64,000 nucleotides of DNA from Candidatus Marinacidobacterales bacterium (lineage in GTDB: Bacteria > Acidobacteriota > Vicinamibacteria > Marinacidobacterales > SMYC01), in NCBI GenBank assembly GCA_965224085.1, contig CBDCYI010000005.1:1536001-1600000 (forward strand), given 5' to 3'. The position numbers and the translations under genes were made by a program. The notes beneath the pieces are model-generated. The model was not told where the DNA came from. It searched no databases and saw nothing but the letters and a program-made list of their open reading frames with translations. This document shows positions 40,402 through 50,088 of this stretch, in pieces (position 1 is the stretch's first letter; the number at the start of each line of letters is the position of its first letter).

Positions 40402-41829
40402 CTATTTCACGGGCGCGCGACCGGCGAGCCATTCGACGGCTCGCTCGCCGCAAACGACGCCTCGCGCCGCGGCTTTTTGAAACGCCGTCCCGTGGAGCGC
40501 GTTACCCGCGAGAAAGAGACCTGGAACGTGCGCGAGTACCTCGTCGACAAGCTTCACCCGGGCCCCATGCCCGAGCTCGTATTGCGGAATCGCTTGGCGC
40601 CAAAGGCGTGCTCGCAAAAAACGCGGCGCGGCGGAGAGGGCGAACAGACGTCGCATCTCACCTTCCGCGATGGCTACCACAGCGTCCTTTTCGAGGGCCG
40701 CGATCTCCGGATCGAATGTGCCGCCGAGAAGCACTCGAACGAGCAGCCCATCCTCCGCATTGCGCCCGGGGAACAAGTGACCGTCCCACGTGACGCCCAA
40801 GGAGCGGAAGCCAGCGCCTCTCGGGATGAGCGCTCCAAAGCCGCGAGGGATATGTTTCCTCGCTTCCGCACCATAGCCGAGCGCCACGACGTAAACGGGC
40901 GGATAGCTGAGCTCCGCGAGCACGCGCGACACGTCGGGAACCGCGTTCGCGAGCATTGAAGCCGCGCTAAAGCCTTCGCTCGCGACGATCACAGAATCGG
41001 CAGGCATGGACGATCCACTCTCGACCACCACATGGAAACCCTCCTTGTGTCGCTTTATCGTCTCGACGCCGCACGCGGTCCGTGTCTCGAAGCTCCCACG
41101 CTCTGACAAGCGGCGCGGCAGCGTTTCGAGTCCGTCACGAAACGAGCATAAGGTCGACCGTAGAGGCGGGAGCGTCCCACGTCGTCGAGCACGAGAGCGT
41201 GCGATCTGTGCCCTGATGAGCGAGCCGTTATCGCGCTCGAGCTCAGCCATGATGGGAAAGGCCGATGTAAGCGAAAGCCTCTTCGCGTCGCCGGCGAAAA
41301 CACCGAGCACCATGGGATGGATCAAACGATCAGCGACCTCCGTGCCGAGGCGGCGCGCCGCGAAATCCCAAACGCTTTCGTCGACGCCGTCAAGCTTCGC
41401 ACGCACGAAGGGCTCGCAAGCGGCGCGGAGAAGAGCTCTCGGGCTCAAGAGCCCGGAGGCCAAAAATCGGACGGGGTGCGAGGCCACTTCTTTCACGCGG
41501 CCATCGAGAAACACAAAGCGATGCGAGCCGGCGTCGCTCGCCGGAACGAGCTCCTCTTCGAGACCCGCGGCGCGGACAAGCTCGTCCACGATCGGCTCGT
41601 TGTTGAGATATCCCAGAGGTCCGGTCTCGAACAACCATCCGTCTTCTCGGACCGTCGAAGCCTTGCCACCGAGAACGGTTTCTTTCTCAAGGAGGAGCGT
41701 TTCGACGTCGAGCCCCCGCTTCACTGCTTCTTCAGCCGCCGTCCACGCCGCGGCCGTCCCGGAAATGCCGCCCCCGACGACGACGAGGCGCGTTCTAGAC
41801 GGTCCGGCTGAAGACGGGCTTTCCACCAT
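40402..41829 (-). CDS. hemG: protoporphyrinogen oxidase (HemY-type FAD enzyme)
   Basis: VVGGGISG, ETGP, GVFAGD, GFGALIP, AIPQY, LAGNA. Confidence 0.88.
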   Translation of the reverse strand: MVESPSSAGPSRTRLVVVGGGISGTAAAWTAAEEAVKRGLDVETLLLEKETVLGGKASTVREDGWLFETGPLGYLNNEPIVDELVRAAGLEEELVPASDAGSHRFVFLDGRVKEVASHPVRFLASGLLSPRALLRAACEPFVRAKLDGVDESVWDFAARRLGTEVADRLIHPMVLGVFAGDAKRLSLTSAFPIMAELERDNGSLIRAQIARSRARRRGTLPPLRSTLCSFRDGLETLPRRLSERGSFETRTACGVETIKRHKEGFHVVVESGSSMPADSVIVASEGFSAASMLANAVPDVSRVLAELSYPPVYVVALGYGAEARKHIPRGFGALIPRGAGFRSLGVTWDGHLFPGRNAEDGLLVRVLLGGTFDPEIAALEKDAVVAIAEGEMRRLFALSAAPRFLRARLWRQAIPQYELGHGARVKLVDEVLAHVPGLFLAGNALHGTAFQKAAARGVVCGERAVEWLAGRAPVK

Positions 41830-43201
41830 GCTGATGCTTCTCTCGCATGTATAGGTCGAAGCACATGGCAAGGTTGCGCACGAAGAGCTCGCCCGTCTCA
41901 GTCGCCCGTACTACGCCCGGCTCGACTTCGACGAGCCCCTCATCCTGATAAACGTGCAAAAGCTCCAGGTCGGGCGCGAAATAGCTCGCAAAATCGATTG
42001 ACCACAAGGCTTCGACGGCGGGGATGTCGACGGCGAAATTGCACATCAAACGATGGATGACGTCGCAGCGGATCTCGTCATCGCGGCTACGCACGAACCC
42101 ACGTGCGACCGGCAAGCGGCCCTCTAGAACGAGCTTCCCATAACGGCTGAGCTTTTTTTCGTTTTGGATGAGCGCGCCGCGGACATCCCCAATGGCGGAA
42201 ACGCCAAAGCCCAAAACGTCGTCTCCAGGAATCACAGCATAACCTTGAAAATTCCGGCGAAGACGACCTTCGGCTTTTGCGATTGCGAGTTCGTCATCCG
42301 GCTTGGCGAAATGATCCATCCCGATCGTCTCGTATCCGGCGCCGAGAAGCTTCTCGCGCACGATCGCGAAGAGCTCGACTTTGACCTCGCGCGACGGGAG
42401 CTCCGTCTCATCGAGCTTTTTCTGGTGGCCTTGCATCCACGGGACGTAAGCGAAGGAGTAGCACGCGACCCGGTCGGGAGCTATCTGAAGCACCCGATCG
42501 ACGGTCGCCTCGAAAGTCTCGGGCGTCTGGAGAGGGAGACCATAAATGAGGTCCGTGTTTATTCCACGATAACCGCGGCGCCGCCCATGCTCCACGAGGG
42601 CCTGTGTCTTCTCAGCCGTCTGAATGCGATGCACGCGCTGCTGGACTTCGGGCGTGAAGTCCTGGACGCCCATCGACATCCGGTTGAAGCCGAGCTCGGC
42701 GAGCGCGTCGAGATGCTCGAAGCGGGTGACGCGCGGGTCGACCTCGACAGCAATCTCGGCGCCTTCGATAGGCTCGTAGTCGGAGAGGATGGCTTTCACG
42801 AGTGTTTTCAGCTCTTCGGGGCTGTAGTAAGTGGGCGTCCCTCCTCCGAGATGAAGCTGGGCAAACTTCCGCCGTTTCGGCATGCGCTTGGCGACGAGCT
42901 CGATCTCGCGGCGCATCAGATCGAGATAGGGCGCGGCGCGCTCGTGATGCGGGCTGATGATGACGTGACAGCCGCAAAACAAACACTGCTCGTCACAAAA
43001 CGGAAGATGCCCATAAAGCGACAAAGGCGCGTCCTGGCCGAGAGCATCGGCCTCGGCCAAGCGTTGTTCGTAGACATCTTGGCCCACTTCATCCGAGAAC
43101 TCTACGGCAGTGGGGTAGCTCGTATAGCGAGGCCCCGGCCGGTCGTATTTCGCGACGAGCTCTTGGACGGTGTCCCGGTCGAGAGGTCGATGGTTTGTCA
43201 T
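41795..43201 (-). CDS. hemN: oxygen-independent coproporphyrinogen III oxidase
   Basis: GPRYTSYPTA, HLPFCDEQCLFCGC, GGGTPT, GMDHF, RNFQGY, FSRTV. Confidence 0.95.
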   Translation of the reverse strand: MTNHRPLDRDTVQELVAKYDRPGPRYTSYPTAVEFSDEVGQDVYEQRLAEADALGQDAPLSLYGHLPFCDEQCLFCGCHVIISPHHERAAPYLDLMRREIELVAKRMPKRRKFAQLHLGGGTPTYYSPEELKTLVKAILSDYEPIEGAEIAVEVDPRVTRFEHLDALAELGFNRMSMGVQDFTPEVQQRVHRIQTAEKTQALVEHGRRRGYRGINTDLIYGLPLQTPETFEATVDRVLQIAPDRVACYSFAYVPWMQGHQKKLDETELPSREVKVELFAIVREKLLGAGYETIGMDHFAKPDDELAIAKAEGRLRRNFQGYAVIPGDDVLGFGVSAIGDVRGALIQNEKKLSRYGKLVLEGRLPVARGFVRSRDDEIRCDVIHRLMCNFAVDIPAVEALWSIDFASYFAPDLELLHVYQDEGLVEVEPGVVRATETGELFVRNLAMCFDLYMREKHQHGGKPVFSRTV

Positions 43202-43202
43202 G

Positions 43203-44114
43203 TCAGTCTCCAACGAGCTCGGCAAGAGCATCGACGAAAGCGGGATGGTTCTCGACGCAAGGGACGAGCACGAAACACTCGCCACCTGCTTGCTCGAAAA
43301 CCTGCTTTCCTCGAATACCAATCTCCTCTAATGTCTCGAGTCCATCGGTGACGAACCCAGGCGTCATCACGGCAAGACTTTTTGCACCACTACGCGGCAG
43401 CTCTCGAAGCACGGCCGCAGTGTTCGGACCGACCCATGGCTCGGGTCCAAAACGTGACTGATAGCTGAGCGTCGCTCGCGCGCCGTCCCAGCCGAGGCGC
43501 GATAATAGAGCTCGATGCGTCGTCTCACAGTCACGGCGATAGCGCCTCCCTTCCTTCCGATCATAGCGCACAGGGATGCCGTGAAACGACACCACGAGGT
43601 GATCGGGAGCGCTCGCAGACGCCACGCGGAGGAAACCGTCCGCCAACGCTTCGATATAGCCGGGATCATCCGGGGCGATCTGCCGGATCGGGTCCATAAC
43701 ACCTGCGTCGCGGACGAGCCCTTCGATGGTTCCGGTGGTCGCCCCTGTTCTCTGCGGGAAGAGCGGAACGATACGAAGCTCGCCGGAGAATGCGAGCGCC
43801 TCACGAAGCGAAGGACTTCCGTAGCGGTACACGAAACGTACCTCGCTTTCGAGCTTCTCCGCGAGCCCGTCACAGATTCGCTTGGTGCCGCTGTCGAGGG
43901 GCGAGCCCTCGTTAGTCCAGATCGCCCGATATTGCTCGGCCACGCGCGCGGGACGCGTGCGCAATATCTGGGTGAGAATCGGCCGCCAGAGCCACCGTGG
44001 ATAGTCGACCACCATCGGATCCGAGAGGAACTCCTCGAGAAAAGCGCGCACAGCTTCCTCGGTCGGCGCCGCCGTCGTGCCCAAATTCACGAGAAGAACG
44101 CGATCCACGCTCAC
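43203..44114 (-). CDS. hemH: ferrochelatase
   Basis: LLVNLGT, FLSDP, SFHGIP, YQSRFG, DGLETLEEI. Confidence 0.92.
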   Translation of the reverse strand: MSVDRVLLVNLGTTAAPTEEAVRAFLEEFLSDPMVVDYPRWLWRPILTQILRTRPARVAEQYRAIWTNEGSPLDSGTKRICDGLAEKLESEVRFVYRYGSPSLREALAFSGELRIVPLFPQRTGATTGTIEGLVRDAGVMDPIRQIAPDDPGYIEALADGFLRVASASAPDHLVVSFHGIPVRYDRKEGRRYRRDCETTHRALLSRLGWDGARATLSYQSRFGPEPWVGPNTAAVLRELPRSGAKSLAVMTPGFVTDGLETLEEIGIRGKQVFEQAGGECFVLVPCVENHPAFVDALAELVGD

Positions 44115-44126
44115 TCGATGCAGCTT

Positions 44127-45398
44127 TCAGGGAGCGACCACGTAAGGAATAGTTTGAGGACCGCGAGGCAGTACACATAAGGTTCCCTCTTCTCCCGCTT
44201 CCGCGAGCGCCGAACGCGCCGCGACGGCGACGTCGTCCATCGGTTCGAAATGCGCCGCACGCAGCGACTCCGGAGGCAGAAAGCCTGTCTTGATCCGAAC
44301 ACGGGCGCGCTTTTGGATCATCGACTGGACCTGGATTTGCCATTGGTCAGCCGCGGCGAAGTCCGGTTCATGCACCATCTGGAGAAGCTCCTCAGGCGAA
44401 GAGCGCCGGCGCAAAAGCTCGGCATAGGGACCGTGCTCCGGGAGACCATCGCGGCATTCGGAAGCGCAGAGAATAACGCCTCCCTCTTTGACGACTTTCG
44501 CGGCCGCCGACAGCCCCTTGATCGTCTGATAGAGATTCTGATCGAGAGGAAACCCCGAATTGGTCGTGACAACGACGTCGAAGGGGGCCTTCACTTCGCG
44601 CATCGCTTCACGCTTGGATGCAGTGCAGGCCTCGCGATGCTCGGCGAAGAGCTCCCCGGCAAAGGCAGCCGTAATTTGCTTGTCACCGTTCAGCGTCACA
44701 TCGAACGCGAAGTGGACGCCGGTCATCCGGGCGATGTCGCGCACATCGTCGTGGATGGGGTTGCCCTCGGTCACACCCCATGTCGCCTGGGGGTGGCCCA
44801 CGTGATGGGCATCGTGGAGCACCATTGTCGTCTCGAGCCCTGCGAGCCCGGGCGCAACCATTTTGGGTCCGCCGCTGAAGCCGGCAAAAAAATGAGGCTC
44901 GACGAAACCCGTCGTGATGCGGACATCCGCGTCGAGCCATTCGCGGTTGAGCCAAACGGGGACACCTCGAGAGCTCGCCCCAAAACGAGCGAGCATCGCG
45001 GCGTCACGTGCATCGTGGTTAACGATGCGGTATCGATCGATGACCTCGCCCCCGAGCATCGCGCGCAGCTCTTTTTCGGAGTTTCTGCGATGAGTCCCGG
45101 TCGCGATGAGGATCACCACGTCGTCGGGCCGCACCTCGGGTATCGCGTCGAAGAGCGCCCGCAGCATCAGCTCGCGGGGTTGGGGCCTCGTGCCATCGCA
45201 TACAGAAATCGCGACGCGGCGGCCGGGCCTAACGACCGTGTCGAGCGTCGCCGCACCAATGGGGTTTTCGAGAGCGCGCCGGAGCGTGGCGGCCGCGTCG
45301 GACACGCCGGGTGGGTAGTTCGGCTCGATGACCGTTATGCGCTCATCGGGCAGATCCACTTCGAGCCCGTCCGTTCCGTAATCGAGCACGACCTTCAT
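44127..45398 (-). CDS. larA: nickel-pincer-dependent lactate racemase family protein
   Basis: DGTRP, ATGTHR, VNHD, EPHFFAGFSGGPK, PLDQNLYQTIKG, DQWQ. Confidence 0.9.
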   Translation of the reverse strand: MKVVLDYGTDGLEVDLPDERITVIEPNYPPGVSDAAATLRRALENPIGAATLDTVVRPGRRVAISVCDGTRPQPRELMLRALFDAIPEVRPDDVVILIATGTHRRNSEKELRAMLGGEVIDRYRIVNHDARDAAMLARFGASSRGVPVWLNREWLDADVRITTGFVEPHFFAGFSGGPKMVAPGLAGLETTMVLHDAHHVGHPQATWGVTEGNPIHDDVRDIARMTGVHFAFDVTLNGDKQITAAFAGELFAEHREACTASKREAMREVKAPFDVVVTTNSGFPLDQNLYQTIKGLSAAAKVVKEGGVILCASECRDGLPEHGPYAELLRRRSSPEELLQMVHEPDFAAADQWQIQVQSMIQKRARVRIKTGFLPPESLRAAHFEPMDDVAVAARSALAEAGEEGTLCVLPRGPQTIPYVVAP

Positions 45399-45453
45399 TG
45401 GCTACGCCCGATCGTACCGGGATCGCGCCGAGCGATCAATCGCATAGAGGGCA

Positions 45454-46446
45454 CTAGAGCTCGACGATCGTGCCCAACCCTTTCTTTCTCGCTTCCACGA
45501 GCACACGGGCGGCGACCGAGACGTCTTGAACAGCGTTGCCGACCGATTTGAAGAGCGTGATTTGCTCGTCGCTTGTTCGCCCTTCTCGCGTCCCCTCGAC
45601 GATCTCGCCGAGCTCGGCATGGACGCTATCCTCCGAGAGGCGTCCTTCTTTTTTGGGGATGATGAGATCGCCCGACTCCGCCCAGACGGCCTCTCTCGAA
45701 TCGACGACGAGAAGCGCGCTCCCGACCGTCTCGGCTGGGAGCTCCTGCATTTGAGGCGTGAACGAGCCAATCGCGTTCACGTGGGCGCCGGGCTTCAAAT
45801 CGCTATGCGCGAAAACGGGCGTTTTCGATGTCGTGGCTGTACACACGATGTCGGCATCGCGCACCGCTTTGGCGGCAGAGTCCATCACTTCGATCTTCGC
45901 GGGGACGGGTGCTCCAAAGCGCGCCATCTCGTCGCGAAAGGACAGAGCGGAGGCCTCGAAGCGATCGTACACGAAAACGTCATCGATGGACCGCACCGCG
46001 CAGCAAGCTCGAAGCTGCGTTCTTCCCTGCGCCCCCGTCCCGAGCACGGCCACCGACGTCGCGTCCGTGCGTGCCAAAAGATCGGTGGCGGCTCCCGAAG
46101 CCGCGCCCGTGCGGAGCGCGGTGAGATAGGTCCCGTCGAGAATCGCCGTGGGAAGGCCGGTGTCGGCGTCCACGAGCGTGACCATTGCGTTGATGGTCGG
46201 AAGCCCCTGCTCGATATTGCCCGAGAAGACCGAGACCATCTTCATGCCGAGCTCATCCGTCTGCTCCAGATAGGCAGGCATGAAGAGAGTCACGCCGTCG
46301 TGAAGCGGGACTCCGAGCTGCGTTCGAATGGGGACGCGGGCGCGTCCTTTGGAGAGTTGCGCGAAGGCGGCTTTGACCGTTTCGATGGCCTGATCCATCG
46401 AAACGGCTTCGCGGACTTCGTCTTTGGAAATGACGTGAAGCTTCAT
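45454..46446 (-). CDS. ornithine cyclodeaminase / mu-crystallin family (possible imine reductase)
   Basis: FMPA, LTALRTGAA, GTGAQG, NAIGS, FKSVGNAVQD. Confidence 0.9.
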   Translation of the reverse strand: MKLHVISKDEVREAVSMDQAIETVKAAFAQLSKGRARVPIRTQLGVPLHDGVTLFMPAYLEQTDELGMKMVSVFSGNIEQGLPTINAMVTLVDADTGLPTAILDGTYLTALRTGAASGAATDLLARTDATSVAVLGTGAQGRTQLRACCAVRSIDDVFVYDRFEASALSFRDEMARFGAPVPAKIEVMDSAAKAVRDADIVCTATTSKTPVFAHSDLKPGAHVNAIGSFTPQMQELPAETVGSALLVVDSREAVWAESGDLIIPKKEGRLSEDSVHAELGEIVEGTREGRTSDEQITLFKSVGNAVQDVSVAARVLVEARKKGLGTIVEL

Positions 46447-46504
46447 GCCGCAGCATCCTAAAGCGTTGGGCTCGCCCGAGCAAGTTGTGATAGAAAAGAC
46501 AGCC

Positions 46505-47404
46505 ATGATGAAACTAGAAGGTGTGTACACCGTTTTACCGACGCCTCTCGACGAGGACGGCCAATTCGATTCCGAGAGTCTCGGCCGTGCCATCGATCTC
46601 TTCATCGAGGACGGCGTCTCGGGGTTCACCGCGCTCGGCGTTACGAGCGAGGTGGCGCGCATCTCGGACCGGGAGCGTCAGACGATCCTCGAAGCCTCGA
46701 TGGAGCACGTGAAGGGACGCGTTCCGGTGATCGTCGGCGCTACCGGTCCCGGCCTCGATACGTGCCTCGATTTTTGCCGCGCCGCGCAAGAAGCTGGCGC
46801 CGCGGGCGTCATGGTTAGCCCGCCACGGATGGAGAAGCTCAACTCCGACTACATCCGCCGCCACTTCAGCGCCATCGCCGAAAAGTTCCACAGCGCAATC
46901 GTCATCCAGGACTTCCCGCCGATCTCCGGCTACCACATGGAGGCCTCGCTCCTCGTGGAAATTTGCCGCGAGATTCCATCGGCACGAACGATCAAGCTCG
47001 AAGACGCGCCGACACCTTACAAGACGGCGCGAATCCGCGAGCTAGAGGACGGGATCGGGATCGATATCAACATCTTCGGTGGTCTCGGGGGCAGCTACCT
47101 CATCGAAGAGCTCGTTGCTGGGGCCAATGGCGCGATGACTGGCTTCGCCTATCCGAAGCTTCTCGTGGAGATCGTCTCCAAGTGGAACGCGGGGAAGAAA
47201 GACGAAGCGGCCGATTTCTTCTACCGTCACTGCCCGTTGATGCGCTTCGAGTTCCAGCCCGGAATCGGTATGGCGATCCGCAAAGAGATGCTGAAGCGGC
47301 GCGGCGCCTTGCGCCATGCCGGCATCCGCGCACCGGGGGCGCTGCTCGACGATCCGACGCGCGAGGCGCTCGAGCGCGTCCTGAAGTGGCTCGGGATGGA
47401 GTGA
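46505..47404 (+). CDS. dihydrodipicolinate synthase family protein
   Basis: PTP, LGVTSE, VSPP, IKLED Schiff-base Lys, GAMTG. Confidence 0.88.
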   Translation: MMKLEGVYTVLPTPLDEDGQFDSESLGRAIDLFIEDGVSGFTALGVTSEVARISDRERQTILEASMEHVKGRVPVIVGATGPGLDTCLDFCRAAQEAGAAGVMVSPPRMEKLNSDYIRRHFSAIAEKFHSAIVIQDFPPISGYHMEASLLVEICREIPSARTIKLEDAPTPYKTARIRELEDGIGIDINIFGGLGGSYLIEELVAGANGAMTGFAYPKLLVEIVSKWNAGKKDEAADFFYRHCPLMRFEFQPGIGMAIRKEMLKRRGALRHAGIRAPGALLDDPTREALERVLKWLGME

Positions 47405-47409
47405 CGATC

Positions 47410-48303
47410 ATGAGCTTTGTCGACAAATTGATAGCCGTCTCGCTTCCGATCGTCCCCAAGCCGATCGTGCGCGTCGTCGCGGGGCCCTATGTTGCGGGCG
47501 AGACTCTGGACGATCAGATCCGCGTCATCGAGCAGCTGAACGGCGAAGGCCTCATGGTCGCTTCGGGCATTCTCGGCGAGTTCGTGACGCGCCGCGAGGA
47601 GTCCGAGGAGGCGGTCCGCGATTACAAAAACGCCCTCGACGCAATCGACGCGCGGAAGCTCGATAGCAATATCCACGTCAAGCCGACCCATCTCGGCCTG
47701 AAGCTCGACAAGGATTTCTGCTATGACAACGTCTGCGCCATCCTCGAGCACGCGAAGAGCAAGGGTAATTTCGTACGCATGGACATGGAGGACTCCCCCA
47801 CCATCGACGACACGCTCGATCTCTATTTTCGCGTTCGGCAGGACTTCGATAATTTCGGCTGCGTCATCCAAGCACGCATGCGGCGAAGCCTCGAAGACGT
47901 GCGCCGTCTCGCAAAAGCGCGCGCTAATGTGCGCCTGTGCAAAGGCGTCTATCTCGAGCCTCGCCAGCTCGCTTATACCGACCGCCGTATCGTCCAGGAC
48001 AATTACGCCATGCTCCTCGAAGAGCTCCTGAGCGCGGGCTGCTATGTCGGCGTCGCGACCCACGACGAAGTCCTCATCTGGGAGGCCTATCGCATCATCG
48101 ACAAGCTCGGGCTCGAGCAGCACCAATACGAGTTTCAGATGCTCCACGGTGTCGAGCGAGAGCTGCGCCGCATCGTGCGCGACGCGGGACATCGGCTGCG
48201 GGTCGCGGTACCCTATGGCCCGAGCTGGTATCCCTATTCCATACGCCGGCTGCGGAAAAACCCGGCCATTGCCGGCTATGTGTTGAAAGCAATGTTCAAA
48301 TAA
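47410..48303 (+). CDS. monofunctional proline dehydrogenase
   Basis: YVAGE, VKPTHLG, DMEDS, RLCKGVY, ATHD, EFQML, PYG..RRL. Confidence 0.9.
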   Translation: MSFVDKLIAVSLPIVPKPIVRVVAGPYVAGETLDDQIRVIEQLNGEGLMVASGILGEFVTRREESEEAVRDYKNALDAIDARKLDSNIHVKPTHLGLKLDKDFCYDNVCAILEHAKSKGNFVRMDMEDSPTIDDTLDLYFRVRQDFDNFGCVIQARMRRSLEDVRRLAKARANVRLCKGVYLEPRQLAYTDRRIVQDNYAMLLEELLSAGCYVGVATHDEVLIWEAYRIIDKLGLEQHQYEFQMLHGVERELRRIVRDAGHRLRVAVPYGPSWYPYSIRRLRKNPAIAGYVLKAMFK

Positions 48304-48342
48304 CGCTCACGGAGGTAGTCCATGGTGAAGCTCGAATCCCGT

Positions 48343-48560
48343 CACGGCGGTTTTCGCCGCGGAACGGACATCTTTAAGGCGCTCGCGCTCGGCGCCAACG
48401 CGATCGCCATTGGAAGGCTTATCTCTGGGGTCTCGGCGCGTTCGGCCAGCCGGGTGTCGAGACGGTCCTCGACATTCTCCGCGCCGGGCTCGAGATGGTC
48501 ATGCGCCAGGCCGGAACGACCTCCATCGACAAGATCACAAAAGACTACGTCGTGGATACG
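48343..48560 (+). pseudogene. C-terminal remnant of an FMN-dependent alpha-hydroxy-acid oxidase
   Basis: GGFRRGTDIFKALALGA..IGR, then shifted YLWGLGAFGQPGVETVLDIL..MRQAGTTSI. Confidence 0.75.
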
Positions 48561-48597
48561 CGGCCATACGTCTAGCGCTGGTCGTAAAAGGTGAAGC

Positions 48598-50088
48598 ATG
48601 AGCAGCACGTCAGCCTCGTCAGCCTCAATAGGCCCATCCGGTAAAGAGGAGTTCACATCACGTTGGGGCATCCTGATGACCGCCATCGGCATGGCCGTGG
48701 GGACGGGAAACATTTGGCGCTTCCCGCGCGTAGCGGCCGAGAACGGAGGCGCCGCTTTTCTGATCCCGTGGGTCATCTTTCTCTTCGCATGGGCGATCCC
48801 GCTCCTGCTCGCGGAATTCGCGCTCGGCAAGACCACGCGCCGCGGCCCAGCGGGCGCCGTGGGAAGCCTCGTCGGTAAACGCTATAACTGGCTCGGCGTG
48901 TTCGTCGGCCTCGTTACCTGCTTCATTACCTTCTATTACTCTGTGGTCACGGGGTGGTGCTTGAAATATTTCTTCGCTTCGTTCGGCACGGTGTTCTCCT
49001 CGGAGGTGACGACCGAGAGCTATTGGACGGCTTTTACGACCCACCCCATTCAACCCGTCGCTTTCCACGCCGCGGCACTCGTCATCGGCTGCCTCATTAT
49101 TTATAGAGGCGTCGTGAAGGGGATTGAGCGGACCAACCGCGTGCTCATCCCGCTCTTGTTTCTGCTGCTCATCATTGCCGCGATCCGTGCCATTACGCTG
49201 CCGGGTGCTACGACGGGACTGTCTTACCTCTTTTCGCCCAATTGGTCGGACCTCGGAAATTACCAAGTCTGGCTCGCGGCGCTCACCCAGGCGGCTTGGA
49301 GCACGGGCGCTGGCTGGGGTCTCGTTACGACCTATGGCGTCTATCTCCGAAAGAAAGACACTTTCACGCTCACCACCTTCACGACTGCTTTCGGCGACTG
49401 TTCTGCATCGTTGCTCGCCGGCATCGCCGTCATCTGCACGGTCTTTGCCATCCTCCCCGAAGCGCAGGCGCGGACCGCTCTCGGCGCCGGTAACGAAGGT
49501 CTGACATTCATCTGGATGCCCCAGCTTTTCGCAGATATGCCCGGTGGCAAACTGTTCCTCCCTATCTTCTTTCTTGCGCTGAGCTCGGCCGCGATCTCGT
49601 CGCTCATCGCGATGCTCGAGATGGCGTCCCGCATGATCATGGATTTGGGGCTAACCCGTTCGAAGGCCGTGCCCATCGTGGGCACACTCTCCTTCGTGCT
49701 CGGGCTTCCTTCGGCCTGGTATATGGGTTTCTTGAAAAATCAAGACTGGGTGTGGGGCATCGGCTTGATGGTGTCGGGTCTGTTTATCTCGCTCGCCGTC
49801 ATCAAATACGGAGCGGCGCGGTTTCGCGACGAGCTCATCAACACGAAGGAGGAAAAGCGCCCCATCGGCATGTGGTTCGTTTGGGTGATCTCGATCCTGG
49901 TACCGATCGAGTTTCTCGCCATGGTCACGTGGTGGTTCTACCAGTCCGCAACGCAATTCGATCCAGAAGGCTGGTGGAAGCTCCGGAGCGAGATAAGCGT
50001 CGGTACGGCGGTGATACAGATTGTGCTCCTCGTGGTCGTTCTCTTCCTGACCAACACATATTGGGTGAAGAGACTCGAGAAGGACTGA
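48598..50088 (+). CDS. sodium-dependent transporter (NSS/SNF family)
   Basis: FTSRWG, AVGTGNIWRFP, GGAAFLIP, FYYSVVTGW, GLTFI. Confidence 0.93.
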   Translation: MSSTSASSASIGPSGKEEFTSRWGILMTAIGMAVGTGNIWRFPRVAAENGGAAFLIPWVIFLFAWAIPLLLAEFALGKTTRRGPAGAVGSLVGKRYNWLGVFVGLVTCFITFYYSVVTGWCLKYFFASFGTVFSSEVTTESYWTAFTTHPIQPVAFHAAALVIGCLIIYRGVVKGIERTNRVLIPLLFLLLIIAAIRAITLPGATTGLSYLFSPNWSDLGNYQVWLAALTQAAWSTGAGWGLVTTYGVYLRKKDTFTLTTFTTAFGDCSASLLAGIAVICTVFAILPEAQARTALGAGNEGLTFIWMPQLFADMPGGKLFLPIFFLALSSAAISSLIAMLEMASRMIMDLGLTRSKAVPIVGTLSFVLGLPSAWYMGFLKNQDWVWGIGLMVSGLFISLAVIKYGAARFRDELINTKEEKRPIGMWFVWVISILVPIEFLAMVTWWFYQSATQFDPEGWWKLRSEISVGTAVIQIVLLVVVLFLTNTYWVKRLEKD

